Source: a virus (lineage: Duplodnaviria > Caudoviricetes). From it: 64,000 nt of DNA. Below, piece by piece: positions 9,969-19,658 of this stretch. The notes beneath the pieces are model-generated. The model ran no database searches. It was not told where the DNA came from and saw only the letters and a program-made list of their open reading frames with translations. Numbering within the stretch: the stretch's first letter is position 1; each line of letters opens with the position of its first letter. The stretch lies in IMG/VR virus record IMGVR_UViG_3300032233_002382, positions 224,001-288,000 of that record. The stretch is one strand, 5' to 3'. The position numbers and the translations under genes were made by a program.

Positions 9969-10880
9969 TTAAATTCCCAAAAACCTGCGAGGAGTTAAAG
10001 CGCCTCTGCCAACTGAAGGACCGAATGAGGACCTGATGCCGACGCCATATCTAGACTGCTGAATACCGCGTATAACTTTTACAGTCGCCTTCGCTCCGGT
10101 ATCAGCGTTAAGCATGTCTTTGAAACGAGTATCTATAGCATCCGCCATACTTTGATATTTCGAAGATTTTTCTAAATCAAGAGACACTCCACCGATAGAG
10201 TATCCAAATTCCTCAGCGGTCCAGTTAATCGATAGTGCCTGAAGAGCATAAACCATCGCCCCGGTAAGCACCAAAGAACGCCAACCAGCATTCTGCTGGA
10301 TCAACTGATCGATGGTCGCATAAAAAGTCCTAGGTGGGTACATATTAACAACATCGAGTGCGACCTTTAGGAATTCCAATAATTCAGGGTCTTCCCATAT
10401 ATACCCGAATACTCTATTAAATTGATTTACCGCTTCCTCCCCACTAGGGGGCTGGAAGTGATAATTTCGAGCTGGATTAGCGTCTCTAAGAAGAATTCTT
10501 AATGAACGAACAAGCTCAGATTCATTATTCGAGGCACCAGGGAGTGCTACGGGGGCCACGTCATTTGCTATAACGCAGAATTCTTGAACGACATTTGCGA
10601 ATGGTGAAGTGAGGTATTCCCTCATCTTCCATCTGATCCGGTAATCACCAATGTTCGCATCGATCGGGATGGTGAAATTAGCATAATACTCGCCGACTGC
10701 TGGGTTAACGGGAATCCGATCAGCAGGTGGGAGAAGGACTTCGACCCCCGTAGTGAAGTCGTATACATTATAAAATATCTGAGCGGCATTACGAGGCGTA
10801 CCGTCCTTAGACTTCAGGAATATGGACAGGCCGTTTGCGCGTCCTAACTGCTGGCAACGTTTGAATATGACACCGCTCAT
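9969..10880 (-). CDS. Putative head-tail adaptor/neck protein with N-terminal Ig-like domain
   Basis: C-terminal YSIGGVSLDLEKSSKY pattern typical of adaptor proteins; N-terminal GEYYA...GDYRIRW beta-sandwich. Confidence 0.5.
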   Translation of the reverse strand: MSGVIFKRCQQLGRANGLSIFLKSKDGTPRNAAQIFYNVYDFTTGVEVLLPPADRIPVNPAVGEYYANFTIPIDANIGDYRIRWKMREYLTSPFANVVQEFCVIANDVAPVALPGASNNESELVRSLRILLRDANPARNYHFQPPSGEEAVNQFNRVFGYIWEDPELLEFLKVALDVVNMYPPRTFYATIDQLIQQNAGWRSLVLTGAMVYALQALSINWTAEEFGYSIGGVSLDLEKSSKYQSMADAIDTRFKDMLNADTGAKATVKVIRGIQQSRYGVGIRSSFGPSVGRGALTPRRFLGI

Positions 10881-10894
10881 ATTAATACCCGCTA

Positions 10895-12379
10895 CTATAG
10901 GTCTACGAGCGATTCTAAACGATTTATTTGACGATTGAGTTCGTTCAGTCGAACATGCAGTATTTCACGGTCTTCATCGTTCTCAGGGATTTCATACTCC
11001 AATACTTCCTTTTCTTTAATAGCATCCTCGTATTGAGATCTATAAATCGAGTCCATCTGCTCCGTCAGCGACTGGATTTGATCAGCGTGCTGCTTGCGAT
11101 CCGAACCGTATAGGCTGTACATCTTCTTCTTAAGTGATTGTATCTCGGGTGTGTCGAAGGCATCTGGTGTAACATATTTCTTTTTGAATTCGAAGTCGCG
11201 AATTCTTTCCTGTTTCTTCTTAATACTTCTATCTTTAAGAGATCTACGTTTTTTAATAGAGGTCTCTAACTCAGGTCTGATATCTATGTCGTGTTGCTGC
11301 CCAACGTATTTAAGCATCAACATCAGCTTAGAAACCGCTGTGACCAACGCTTTTACATCAGCGGCACTAGTGTGACTTGCATCTTTATTTAGTATACCCA
11401 ATGCCGAGTTTACGTAGTCTAAATTATAGTAGTTTGGTTTACCGTTGAGCAGTTTAGAAAAACGATCGACAATATCGCGATCGTTGACTTTATCGATAAC
11501 AGAATCTACGTACACCTGCATGAACTCTTGAGAATCTAGGTTGTCACATTTCTTAAGGGCAGAATCATTGATACCGTAAATCCTGCAACGACGCGAAATG
11601 AACTCACGATCGAACGGAGCATTATGTGCTACTAAAACGACTTTATAACTGGACGAAATGCGACGCACAAATTCAATGAATTCTTCTAAAAGATCTGACT
11701 CGGGCTTAAAGTCCGGAGGCATCTCACTGGTGGGAATTTCAATGGCTGGGCCTAATTCACTCTCAAAATCTTTGGTCGGTTTACGTTCTAAAGGCTTGTA
11801 ATTGAGAGGCTTAGGCGGTAACGAGATATTGCGCTCGCTAACGAATCGGTCTAGTGGATAACGATTAAATTCTAAAATGGCTCTGACAGTCGGACCACCC
11901 CTGGCGGTATCAAGATTCTTTATCGTATCTTCTGTTAAATCCGCAGTTCCGTGAATATGGCCGAGGTATTCGGGTTTATATCCACCATGAGTCGAAATGA
12001 ACTCTTGTTCTTCCTCTTTAGTACGTTTTTCGATGAAATCTTTTAAACCAACAGCTACAGCTGAGACTTGAGTAATTTGCACGTTTGGGAGTTGGTTTGG
12101 TAAACCCGTAGTCTCAGTGTCATAGAATACGAATGCATGATTCGTAAATTTGCTAAAAATCGAGTCAAAAAGATCTGCGGCCTTTACCTTCCCGGAGTCA
12201 TCGACTGGAAGTTCATAAGCACTCATATGTGAACCCGAAGAAATCTTTAAGCTAATTGCTCGTAAATCTGCACGTGGTAAGGAGGCAATACTAGTGCCAT
12301 AATCGGGTCGTTCCATTATATGACCGACCCATTCTCGATTGCTAGAAAGGCTATCAGAGAGTTTGTTGATTTTTAACAT
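10895..12379 (-). CDS. DEDDh 3'-5' exonuclease (DnaQ/epsilon-like) with extensions
   Basis: ExoI YDTETTGL, ExoII AHNAPFD, ExoIII HTSAADV; start reassigned to ATG 12379 (SD GGGAG). Confidence 0.8.
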   Translation of the reverse strand: MLKINKLSDSLSSNREWVGHIMERPDYGTSIASLPRADLRAISLKISSGSHMSAYELPVDDSGKVKAADLFDSIFSKFTNHAFVFYDTETTGLPNQLPNVQITQVSAVAVGLKDFIEKRTKEEEQEFISTHGGYKPEYLGHIHGTADLTEDTIKNLDTARGGPTVRAILEFNRYPLDRFVSERNISLPPKPLNYKPLERKPTKDFESELGPAIEIPTSEMPPDFKPESDLLEEFIEFVRRISSSYKVVLVAHNAPFDREFISRRCRIYGINDSALKKCDNLDSQEFMQVYVDSVIDKVNDRDIVDRFSKLLNGKPNYYNLDYVNSALGILNKDASHTSAADVKALVTAVSKLMLMLKYVGQQHDIDIRPELETSIKKRRSLKDRSIKKKQERIRDFEFKKKYVTPDAFDTPEIQSLKKKMYSLYGSDRKQHADQIQSLTEQMDSIYRSQYEDAIKEKEVLEYEIPENDEDREILHVRLNELNRQINRLESLVDL

Positions 12380-13116
12380 CCGCAACTCCCTGCGCACGAA
12401 TTATACACCCCGCATAAACCAGGGTAACAAGCAGGTTTACAATGACACCCACAATTGTGACCCACGTTTGAGACGTTGGCAACAGGTTGCGGACAAAAAA
12501 CATTAAACTTCATAGAAGGAGCGGATGTAATGCCTGTGAAGGGGTCCGTATAATTCCATTCAATCGAATACGTTCCAGAAAGACCGTTAACAATCCATAT
12601 CACGAAATAATGGCCTACACCAGCGCGAGAGGCCACCTGATAATCGACCACAACGCAGCCATCAGGGCGAAGTATTCGGTAACGAACATTATCCGCATCC
12701 ACTAACTCACAATATTCATTCTTTATGTAGAGAGCAAGGTCATCTACGCTTGTCACATATCCCACAACATACGTCTTAGAAGATGGATCAGGAAGAAGAG
12801 ACGCAGGTTTCACCTGACCATCGACAATCGTAAACTGACCAGACTGAGCTACATAAAAATTCGTCGAATAAATCTCAGATCCATTAACAAACCACTTTGC
12901 TACATAGGTCCCAGGATTTACAGTTCGGTACGGAGCGTAGTACACACCATCATAATAGTTTATACTTGATAGATCCCGACCACTCACAAGGGTACAGTTA
13001 GTGTCGAATATAGAATATGTTACTTTTAAAGCGTCTAAAGTTCGACCTTCTAAATCGCGAATGATAATCGAAAGATCACCACGACTTAAATCAGTATTTA
13101 CATTAAAGAAATTCAT
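12373..13116 (-). CDS. Two Ig-like domains plus Cys-rich C-terminal tail; likely virion protein
   Basis: Internal duplication (DLSIII...GVYY...GTYVAKW / DLALYI...GHYF...GTYSIEW); ends CGCHCKPACYPGLCGVYNSCAGSCGC. Confidence 0.55.
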   Translation of the reverse strand: MNFFNVNTDLSRGDLSIIIRDLEGRTLDALKVTYSIFDTNCTLVSGRDLSSINYYDGVYYAPYRTVNPGTYVAKWFVNGSEIYSTNFYVAQSGQFTIVDGQVKPASLLPDPSSKTYVVGYVTSVDDLALYIKNEYCELVDADNVRYRILRPDGCVVVDYQVASRAGVGHYFVIWIVNGLSGTYSIEWNYTDPFTGITSAPSMKFNVFCPQPVANVSNVGHNCGCHCKPACYPGLCGVYNSCAGSCGC

Positions 13117-13117
13117 T

Positions 13118-13828
13118 TTATTTATAGAATGAACTGGTCAACCCACCAGATATTGAAGTGGTGGAAGCCGGAATTATGTCGAATTCTCGAGCGATTATCG
13201 CGCCGCCAGCTGGATAGGTGAAGCTTAGTTTAATGAACCCAGTCGAACTCGGATAGAACCGGATCGAATAAAACCCAGGTGAACCAATGATCTCATTGAA
13301 ATAAACGTTGCCAGATACAACGGAAGAATCCGGAATGTTGGTTCCATCAAGAAGATTCCAACCTACGTTCACATTATTGACAAATGCGGACAAGAATAAA
13401 TCGCTAGCGACGATCCCATTAATACGGCTGGGCGGAGTGCTAGTGTTGAAAAAATCTAGTTGATCTAAGACGAGCTTACATGTAGACACAGTTCTAACAG
13501 GGACTGAATCAGTCGGAGCAGATACACCCCCACCACCTCCGCCACCACCAGAACCAACCGTTATGTTCGCGTACCATTGATTGTACGTATATGGGCCTAT
13601 TCCGGGAGAAGTAACGGCAATTTCTCCTCGCGCATACTGACCAGCTCCTAAAGATATGGGAAATTCATACTGACCGACATCTACATTCACGAAAGCGGGG
13701 CCGACGGATGAAACTACCACTCCATTTGCATTGCAAATAGCGAATGAAGTCCATGTGGGCGCAGCACCCGAATTTATAAGGTTACCGCTCACAGACCGCA
13801 CAAAAAGCACTTCTCGTATTGACGACAT
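13118..13828 (-). CDS. Putative virion structural protein with poly-Gly linker
   Basis: Start reassigned to ATG 13828 (SD GAGGT); two beta-rich domains joined by GSGGGGGGGG. Confidence 0.5.
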   Translation of the reverse strand: MSSIREVLFVRSVSGNLINSGAAPTWTSFAICNANGVVVSSVGPAFVNVDVGQYEFPISLGAGQYARGEIAVTSPGIGPYTYNQWYANITVGSGGGGGGGGVSAPTDSVPVRTVSTCKLVLDQLDFFNTSTPPSRINGIVASDLFLSAFVNNVNVGWNLLDGTNIPDSSVVSGNVYFNEIIGSPGFYSIRFYPSSTGFIKLSFTYPAGGAIIAREFDIIPASTTSISGGLTSSFYK

Positions 13829-13838
13829 CAGACACCTC

Positions 13839-16751
13839 TTATGGAGCGCTCGTGCCGTTGACGAACGCAATTTCTACCCAGAGATTTCCGTCCCAAATAA
13901 AGATGATTGTAGCACCCGCTGAAAGAGTACGGGTGGCGCCGTTTAAGGAGAGTTTGTTAGCAGAGCCTCTTTGAATGACTATATTATTTGACATGCCTAC
14001 AATAGATTGTAATACCAACACCTGGCCAAGTGTTGGAGTGCCCCAACTGATAGTGGGAGCACTAGTCAGAGTAATATTACCGCCAGTCGTGTTGTTTAAT
14101 CGATGGTAAGAGCTTGTCGGGTTAATCGTGTTAGAAGCGGCTGTAATGGATTGAACCGCAGCTCCCGAAAAAATCACAGTCCCTAAACCTACAGATATCA
14201 AACCACTTGTTATCTGAGAACCTGATATCGCTATTGGAGTCGAAGCCGCAGTAGTAAGCTGTCCCTGGGCATTTGTAGTGAAGGTAGCGACTGAACTTGC
14301 AGAGCCGTAAGACGCTGCGACTACCCCCGTATTTGCAAGGTTTAAGCTAGTACTACCACCTAGTGAAACCGCACCACCACCAGTTAGACCAGTTCCAGGA
14401 TTTAAAGTAATGCTGGAGTTAGCTAAAGCTGCATTAGGAAGCTGACCAACCGTGAAAGTAGTACCGTCAGCAGTATAAACTGCCCTGTTGGCGACGCCAC
14501 CAGCCGATGTTAAATTGGTGCCACCCTGAGCTACTGACACAACACCAGAAGTTATCTGGGAGCCACTGATCGAAATATCTTGGTCCGTAAGCGACGTGAC
14601 TCGACCTTGAGCATCCGTTGTGATAGTAGCGCTTCGAGACGCGGTGCCTTTGGTAGTGGCCGTACCGACGTTTTGTAAGCTGATTGTTACATCAGCGGTT
14701 AACACACCGCCACCAGTAAGGCCGGTTCCGGCTATGACCTGGCGGGAGTCTGGGACTTTCCCAGATAAATCAGAGACTAAACCAATTACCTGTGATTGAC
14801 TAATATCTACAGAAATTGGAGCGACGCTGGTGACACGACCCTGATCATCGGTAGTAAAGACAGGAACTGAAGAAGCGGAACCGTAACTACCAGCGGTCCC
14901 AACATACGGCATCGAGATCGTTCGATCGGCCGATAGATCGCCTCCCCCCGATAAACCAGTTCCGGCAAAAATAGATGTGGTCTTATCCGCTTTATCATTT
15001 AAAGATGAATCGAGGCCAGTCACTTGATCGATAGTAATCAAGATCGGGGTGTCAACCGCGCCGATGACTCTACCAAATTCATCGGTAGTGATTACTGAAG
15101 TCGAAGAAGTAGAACCAAAAACCCCGGTAAATCCGAAAGACGGTAATGAAATAGTTACATCGCTAGACAGGAAGCCGCCACCAATTAGACCAGGACCAGC
15201 AAGCACCGAACGCGCGTCGGTCACAAAGCCAGACAAAGTTCCCGTTAGACCATTTAACGATAAGACACCTATATTTTCTACAGTAATGCTTCCGGGACCG
15301 TTTATAATGGAAATGCCAGGACCAGTGGAAATCTGAGCCGAGGTGTAGTTAACACCATCCCCAATAGGAATGAACCCGTTTGAAGGAATAGTGCTGATGC
15401 CCAAACCGCCATAACCTACGGGTAAAATTCCAGTTACGTCAGCACCGGCTGTTAGGTTCACTGGAGTCGCCGGGCTTTGCAACACACCATCAATCACGTG
15501 GACTAGGCCTGTACCCGAAATCGAGGGGACTGTGGTAGCCACGCTTCCTGCTGTGTTATCTCCGAAGGATAAGGTGATTGTTTGAGAAGCTATAGTGGAA
15601 CTTGCTTCGACTTCAATGTAAATACGGTCAGTGGTTAAAAGCGGAGTATTAGGGACGGCAATTAAGTTAAAGTATTGCTTAACAACAGTGGGAACGTAAA
15701 GGAATACTGGTTCAGAAGTCGAAATCAGCGTTGGGGTCAAACCGTCATACTTATAAAGTTTAAACCTGAAAAACACTGAATCCGCTAAGGAAGACGGCGA
15801 ACTTGCCCAGATGTTAAAATCCCATAGACCCGAAGGCAAAGATATTGAATTCGGGTCCGATGGGTCAGTTACGAAGGCAGCTACCGTGGCATAGACCCCG
15901 CCGGTAGGAAGCACAGACGAAGTAAAGCTTGTTGAAGATGATTGAAAGGAACTAGAAAGAAGCTTCGTTGAGCCAAAAAGTCCCGTGGTCGGTGCGGTTC
16001 CCGGAACATAATCATTAAAATAATAAATTTTACCGCCACCACCGGAGCCACCAGACGAAGGTGTGGTAGGCACCCATGCAGTTCCATTCCATGTGGGAAC
16101 GGTCCCAGGGACAGGGGTTTCAAGGGCTATTGGATTTAACTGCCACGAAAATAATACGGGATTTGGATAGCTGCTATCTGAAAGATCACCGCCTGCCAGA
16201 CCGGTCGGGGGTCTAGAGTCGCTCAAACGAGGATCGTTTCCTTCGGTTACAGTATTTGCAGCACTGCCATATACAGGCTGGAAGGTCCGATTTGCCGAAA
16301 GGTCACCGCCGCCCGTTAAACCATTTACAGAATTTATGACTATCGATTTATCGGCCTTATTGTCGGATAAACCAGTGATACCTAAAGCTAAGTCGTTTAG
16401 AGAATTTGAGATACTGGATAAATCCGAATTTAAACCTGATACTTGAGACTCTGATATAAGTATATCACTCGCGGTAATGCCCGAAACTCGACCTTGAATA
16501 TCAAGAGTGAGAACGGAAATCTGATCAGCGGCACCATAAACACCAGGAATACCTACATCAGGCATCGAAATCGTTCGATCGGCGCTTAAATCACCGCCGC
16601 CGGTCAAACCGGATCCTGCACTGATTGTTGTGGCTTTGAAAGCTAAAGAATCGGGTATCTGTGAGGAGGTCAGCTTGCCGTCATTATCTAAAGTCGCCGT
16701 ACCGTTCGCGGTACCGCCATTCGAAGGTATGTTCGGTCCAATGATAGGCAT
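13839..16751 (-). CDS. Long tail/head fibre protein with repeated shaft units
   Basis: Six GL(T/S/I)GGG...TISxP units, several followed by DxQGRV motifs; 970 aa, Gly/Ser/Thr-rich. Confidence 0.7.
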   Translation of the reverse strand: MPIIGPNIPSNGGTANGTATLDNDGKLTSSQIPDSLAFKATTISAGSGLTGGGDLSADRTISMPDVGIPGVYGAADQISVLTLDIQGRVSGITASDILISESQVSGLNSDLSSISNSLNDLALGITGLSDNKADKSIVINSVNGLTGGGDLSANRTFQPVYGSAANTVTEGNDPRLSDSRPPTGLAGGDLSDSSYPNPVLFSWQLNPIALETPVPGTVPTWNGTAWVPTTPSSGGSGGGGKIYYFNDYVPGTAPTTGLFGSTKLLSSSFQSSSTSFTSSVLPTGGVYATVAAFVTDPSDPNSISLPSGLWDFNIWASSPSSLADSVFFRFKLYKYDGLTPTLISTSEPVFLYVPTVVKQYFNLIAVPNTPLLTTDRIYIEVEASSTIASQTITLSFGDNTAGSVATTVPSISGTGLVHVIDGVLQSPATPVNLTAGADVTGILPVGYGGLGISTIPSNGFIPIGDGVNYTSAQISTGPGISIINGPGSITVENIGVLSLNGLTGTLSGFVTDARSVLAGPGLIGGGFLSSDVTISLPSFGFTGVFGSTSSTSVITTDEFGRVIGAVDTPILITIDQVTGLDSSLNDKADKTTSIFAGTGLSGGGDLSADRTISMPYVGTAGSYGSASSVPVFTTDDQGRVTSVAPISVDISQSQVIGLVSDLSGKVPDSRQVIAGTGLTGGGVLTADVTISLQNVGTATTKGTASRSATITTDAQGRVTSLTDQDISISGSQITSGVVSVAQGGTNLTSAGGVANRAVYTADGTTFTVGQLPNAALANSSITLNPGTGLTGGGAVSLGGSTSLNLANTGVVAASYGSASSVATFTTNAQGQLTTAASTPIAISGSQITSGLISVGLGTVIFSGAAVQSITAASNTINPTSSYHRLNNTTGGNITLTSAPTISWGTPTLGQVLVLQSIVGMSNNIVIQRGSANKLSLNGATRTLSAGATIIFIWDGNLWVEIAFVNGTSAP

Positions 16752-16827
16752 ACATGCTCCGAATCGCGTTCAGCGACTTACACTAGGAAGCATGAATAAT
16801 GGTTTATGAACTCGCTAATGATACCGC

Positions 16828-17076
16828 TTACTGATCAAAACATAATTGCTTCATGGCGATAATCTTCTGGGAATACTCGTGCGCTTTAACAGTTGCGGTA
16901 CCCGAATAATAAGCGGTACGCAAATCCGAAATCGATCCACCGACGTTGCTAAATACAAAGTATTTTCGCGGACCGACCTTACGTTCGCGTTTAAGGGTAC
17001 AACCAGCCAAAATCAAATAGGCAGCAAAATAAATGTCGTGAGTTTCGTGTTCATCAGCGCTAAGAGTGGTTATCAT
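16828..17076 (-). CDS. Small protein, DUF5659-like
   Basis: THDIYFAAYLILAG motif; 82 aa. Confidence 0.5.
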   Translation of the reverse strand: MITTLSADEHETHDIYFAAYLILAGCTLKRERKVGPRKYFVFSNVGGSISDLRTAYYSGTATVKAHEYSQKIIAMKQLCFDQ

Positions 17077-17081
17077 GAGTT

Positions 17082-17087
17082 ACCATA
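17082..17087 (-). promoter_or_regulatory. Putative -10 box (TATGGT), leaderless
   Basis: gttctgTATGGT-N5-ATG(17076). Confidence 0.55.
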
Positions 17088-17101
17088 CAGAACGAATACG
17101 A

Positions 17102-17137
17102 ATCAGCCCCATATCCTGGATAGGATATGGGGCTGAT
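17102..17137 (-). terminator. Perfect 16-bp hairpin, probable terminator/processing site
   Basis: ATCAGCCCCATATCCT-GGAT-AGGATATGGGGCTGAT, downstream of 17153; followed by TCGTATT on minus strand. Confidence 0.65.
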
Positions 17138-17152
17138 CCGACTGAGGGAATA

Positions 17153-17953
17153 TTACAGGGTAAACGGGGTGCTGCCGTCGTCCTCGAGGCAGTAAAGAGC
17201 CGCACCAGCGGGTAGACCGACGCGAGCGCCACCAGGCTGAAACGAAGAAGAGCTAAACTTGCTTAAGTTTCCGTAAGCGAAGCTTAAAAGAACTGGACCG
17301 GTCTCAACTAACTGGGGAGCAACGACGTCCTGGATGGCCGAAACAAGGGTGTTCTGAGCAGCGGTCGTAAGGTACTGCCAAGAAGTCAGACCAAGTATCG
17401 TAGCACTGCTAACGTCTATGGAAGAGGCAGTAGGATAAACGCCCGCCTCAAGAGCCGCGACGGATAATCCGACAACAGCAGTCGTGGATAAACCGAGCAC
17501 CGTCTCCAAGGTAGAAGTCGCATCTACCTTAACGTAACCACTCGGACCTTTGTTGGTGCCGGTCGAATCGATGAAAACTCGGTTAGTGCCGCTGTTCCGA
17601 GCTACTAGTCTAAGAGAGTTTGCGGAAAAACCGGCATTCAGATCACTGATGATAGTAGCGATCGGAACGGCTGCACCGGCAGTCACGGTAATGGTAGCAT
17701 TCGAGCCGGTAGCAGAATCCTTAATTACAAGAACGTTCGCACCAGCCGCAGTATTGAACGTAGCGCCAGCCACGGTTCCGTTTAGGGTGACCGGAGCATA
17801 AGCATTCAAAACTGACAGAAGAGCGTCAGACATGGGCTTAGAGAAGTACCGGCTTTGGCCAGGAGGCTCGGCGGAGAAGCAGCGCTGAACGCGGCTTTCT
17901 ACGTCGTTAACGTAAACTTTCTGGATATCGGTACGAAGGGCTCCTACGCGCAT
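17153..17953 (-). CDS. Putative virion structural (decoration) protein
   Basis: 266 aa, Ala/Thr/Gly-rich, GC-rich codons like the capsid genes; SD AGGAG. Confidence 0.5.
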   Translation of the reverse strand: MRVGALRTDIQKVYVNDVESRVQRCFSAEPPGQSRYFSKPMSDALLSVLNAYAPVTLNGTVAGATFNTAAGANVLVIKDSATGSNATITVTAGAAVPIATIISDLNAGFSANSLRLVARNSGTNRVFIDSTGTNKGPSGYVKVDATSTLETVLGLSTTAVVGLSVAALEAGVYPTASSIDVSSATILGLTSWQYLTTAAQNTLVSAIQDVVAPQLVETGPVLLSFAYGNLSKFSSSSFQPGGARVGLPAGAALYCLEDDGSTPFTL

Positions 17954-17971
17954 ATTAGACTCCTATATAGC

Positions 17972-18544
17972 TTAGAGGGTGAAGGTGTTGCTGTACTTAG
18001 AATTAGCGAAGACCTGAGCGGTCCAGCCAGCACCCGGAACTCCGATAGTTACGGTGCCATCAAGAATATCGATCTGGGTAGCTAAGAAGGCGGAGAATCC
18101 AGACGAAGGAATCGTCTGACTATCGCCAGTCAGGTTCGTGAGAATCACGTAGGTAATATCTGGAGCTACCGAAAGGAAGGTGGTGCCGGTAATCGTGGTA
18201 GTACCCGCAGCATTCGATGCGGCAGTAATAGTAGAAGTCGTAACTAGGTTCGAGGCGACGATCGCAGTACTAACTACTCCGGCAGTCGTCAGCCCGCTGA
18301 TCGTGCCTAGATTATAAGAAAGAAGAACTTCGTCAGTAGGGACTAAATCGACGTAACCCTTGACGGCAGGGTTGGCCGGATTGGACTTAGGAACGTAGAT
18401 CTTTTGCTTGGCAATTTGAGCGTAATTCGTGAAGTTGCTCTGACTCCGGTCGATCTTATCGATCAGAACGGTATCGAGATTCACGCTTAGGCTATTAACC
18501 GAAGACGGGTTTTCATTTATGACGCGAACGAGATTTATTGGCAT
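17972..18544 (-). CDS. Putative virion protein with shared N-terminal anchor-like domain
   Basis: IYVP...GYVDL...EVLLS...GTI...AG pattern shared with 23094 and 29802. Confidence 0.5.
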   Translation of the reverse strand: MPINLVRVINENPSSVNSLSVNLDTVLIDKIDRSQSNFTNYAQIAKQKIYVPKSNPANPAVKGYVDLVPTDEVLLSYNLGTISGLTTAGVVSTAIVASNLVTTSTITAASNAAGTTTITGTTFLSVAPDITYVILTNLTGDSQTIPSSGFSAFLATQIDILDGTVTIGVPGAGWTAQVFANSKYSNTFTL

Positions 18545-18559
18545 TTATTTACTCCACTA

Positions 18560-19198
18560 TTATAATGGCATACCCGCTAGCAGTCTAGCTTGAATCTGGA
18601 AGTCAGTGGAAGCAGCAGTTCCTCGTAAGAACAAAACGGTGCTAGTCGGGAACGCAGACCCGAATATGATTCCAGTGCCAACACCAGGCATCGGAAATTC
18701 AGCACCATTAGGTTCAAAGGCAACATACAGAGTCTGTCCCGACTCGACCTCAAAATTAAAATTATTCGCCGTGAGAGGAAGCTGAAGCTCTTCAGCAGTC
18801 AATCCTACTGAGCCAGACAAAACGAGAGTTCGGTTAGGAACAGAAGAAAATGGCAACACCATTTGAGGTGTCTCGGGCGTTCCTACCACACCATAAGGGT
18901 CGATAGGAGCGATCCGCACCCAAAATGGTGTTGTATCATCAACAGCAGCCACAGAGGCAGTATAATCGGTCGGATCGAATAAAAATCTCGTTAACCCACG
19001 GAATTGTGAATCCTGAGTGTTGAGCGTTATGGGTGTAACTGATTTATATCCATTTGACGGAACATCTTGGAACGCATTAAATGTTCCGTTGAAGTCCGTG
19101 CTAGCCTGGAATTGAAACCCAGACACACCAGAACGCTTCGGGAGCGTGATATCCACAACCCCTGGCCGACGTCTGTAAATCGAAAGCGTCCTAGGCAT
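18560..19198 (-). CDS. Putative virion structural protein
   Basis: 212 aa beta-rich; in structural cluster. Confidence 0.45.
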   Translation of the reverse strand: MPRTLSIYRRRPGVVDITLPKRSGVSGFQFQASTDFNGTFNAFQDVPSNGYKSVTPITLNTQDSQFRGLTRFLFDPTDYTASVAAVDDTTPFWVRIAPIDPYGVVGTPETPQMVLPFSSVPNRTLVLSGSVGLTAEELQLPLTANNFNFEVESGQTLYVAFEPNGAEFPMPGVGTGIIFGSAFPTSTVLFLRGTAASTDFQIQARLLAGMPL

Positions 19199-19233
19199 CC
19201 TAGGACAGATGATTTAATAAAACCCCAACAAAA

Positions 19234-19632
19234 TCATTCAGGTTTTTCAGTCTTGACCTTCGAAACATAAGTAGCAGCTGAATCCGGTCCTGAGTCCTTT
19301 AATGCTTCCATCTGGGCTTCTTTCCATGAGCCCATCTCGACGCCTTTGTAATTCGGAACGGCGCCTTTCTTGATGCTAGCGAATTTCTCATTTTGGCGAC
19401 GTTCGGCAGCTGCCGCCTGTTTAGCACGATATTGCTTAAACCGATTACCCTTAGACGGCCAGCTTCCCGATGGACCATCCACGAAGGACACTAAAGGAAC
19501 CGTAGGAGTGAACGTATAATCACAGGAACCACCACATTCACAGGTGGGGTGATGTAGATCTCGAGAAGAGATCGAGCAGGAATCTTCCTGAACTTCACCA
19601 CAGGAAGTGCACTTAAAATCGTAAGTAGGAAT
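19234..19632 (-). CDS. FmdB-family zinc-ribbon protein with ATT start codon
   Basis: GGAGG-N5-ATT CCT ACT TAC GAT TTT AAG TGC gives (M)PTYDFKCTSC...CECGG. It is in frame with, and 47 codons upstream of, the track start at 19491. Confidence 0.7.
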   Translation of the reverse strand: MPTYDFKCTSCGEVQEDSCSISSRDLHHPTCECGGSCDYTFTPTVPLVSFVDGPSGSWPSKGNRFKQYRAKQAAAAERRQNEKFASIKKGAVPNYKGVEMGSWKEAQMEALKDSGPDSAATYVSKVKTEKPE

Positions 19633-19658
19633 GGTAGCCTCCTACCCCACTATACTGA

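Noticed and set aside
13119-13126. T4 late promoter TATAAATA
   Set aside because: Only copy I noticed; it overlaps a stop codon and lies 2 nt from the next ATG, so likely incidental
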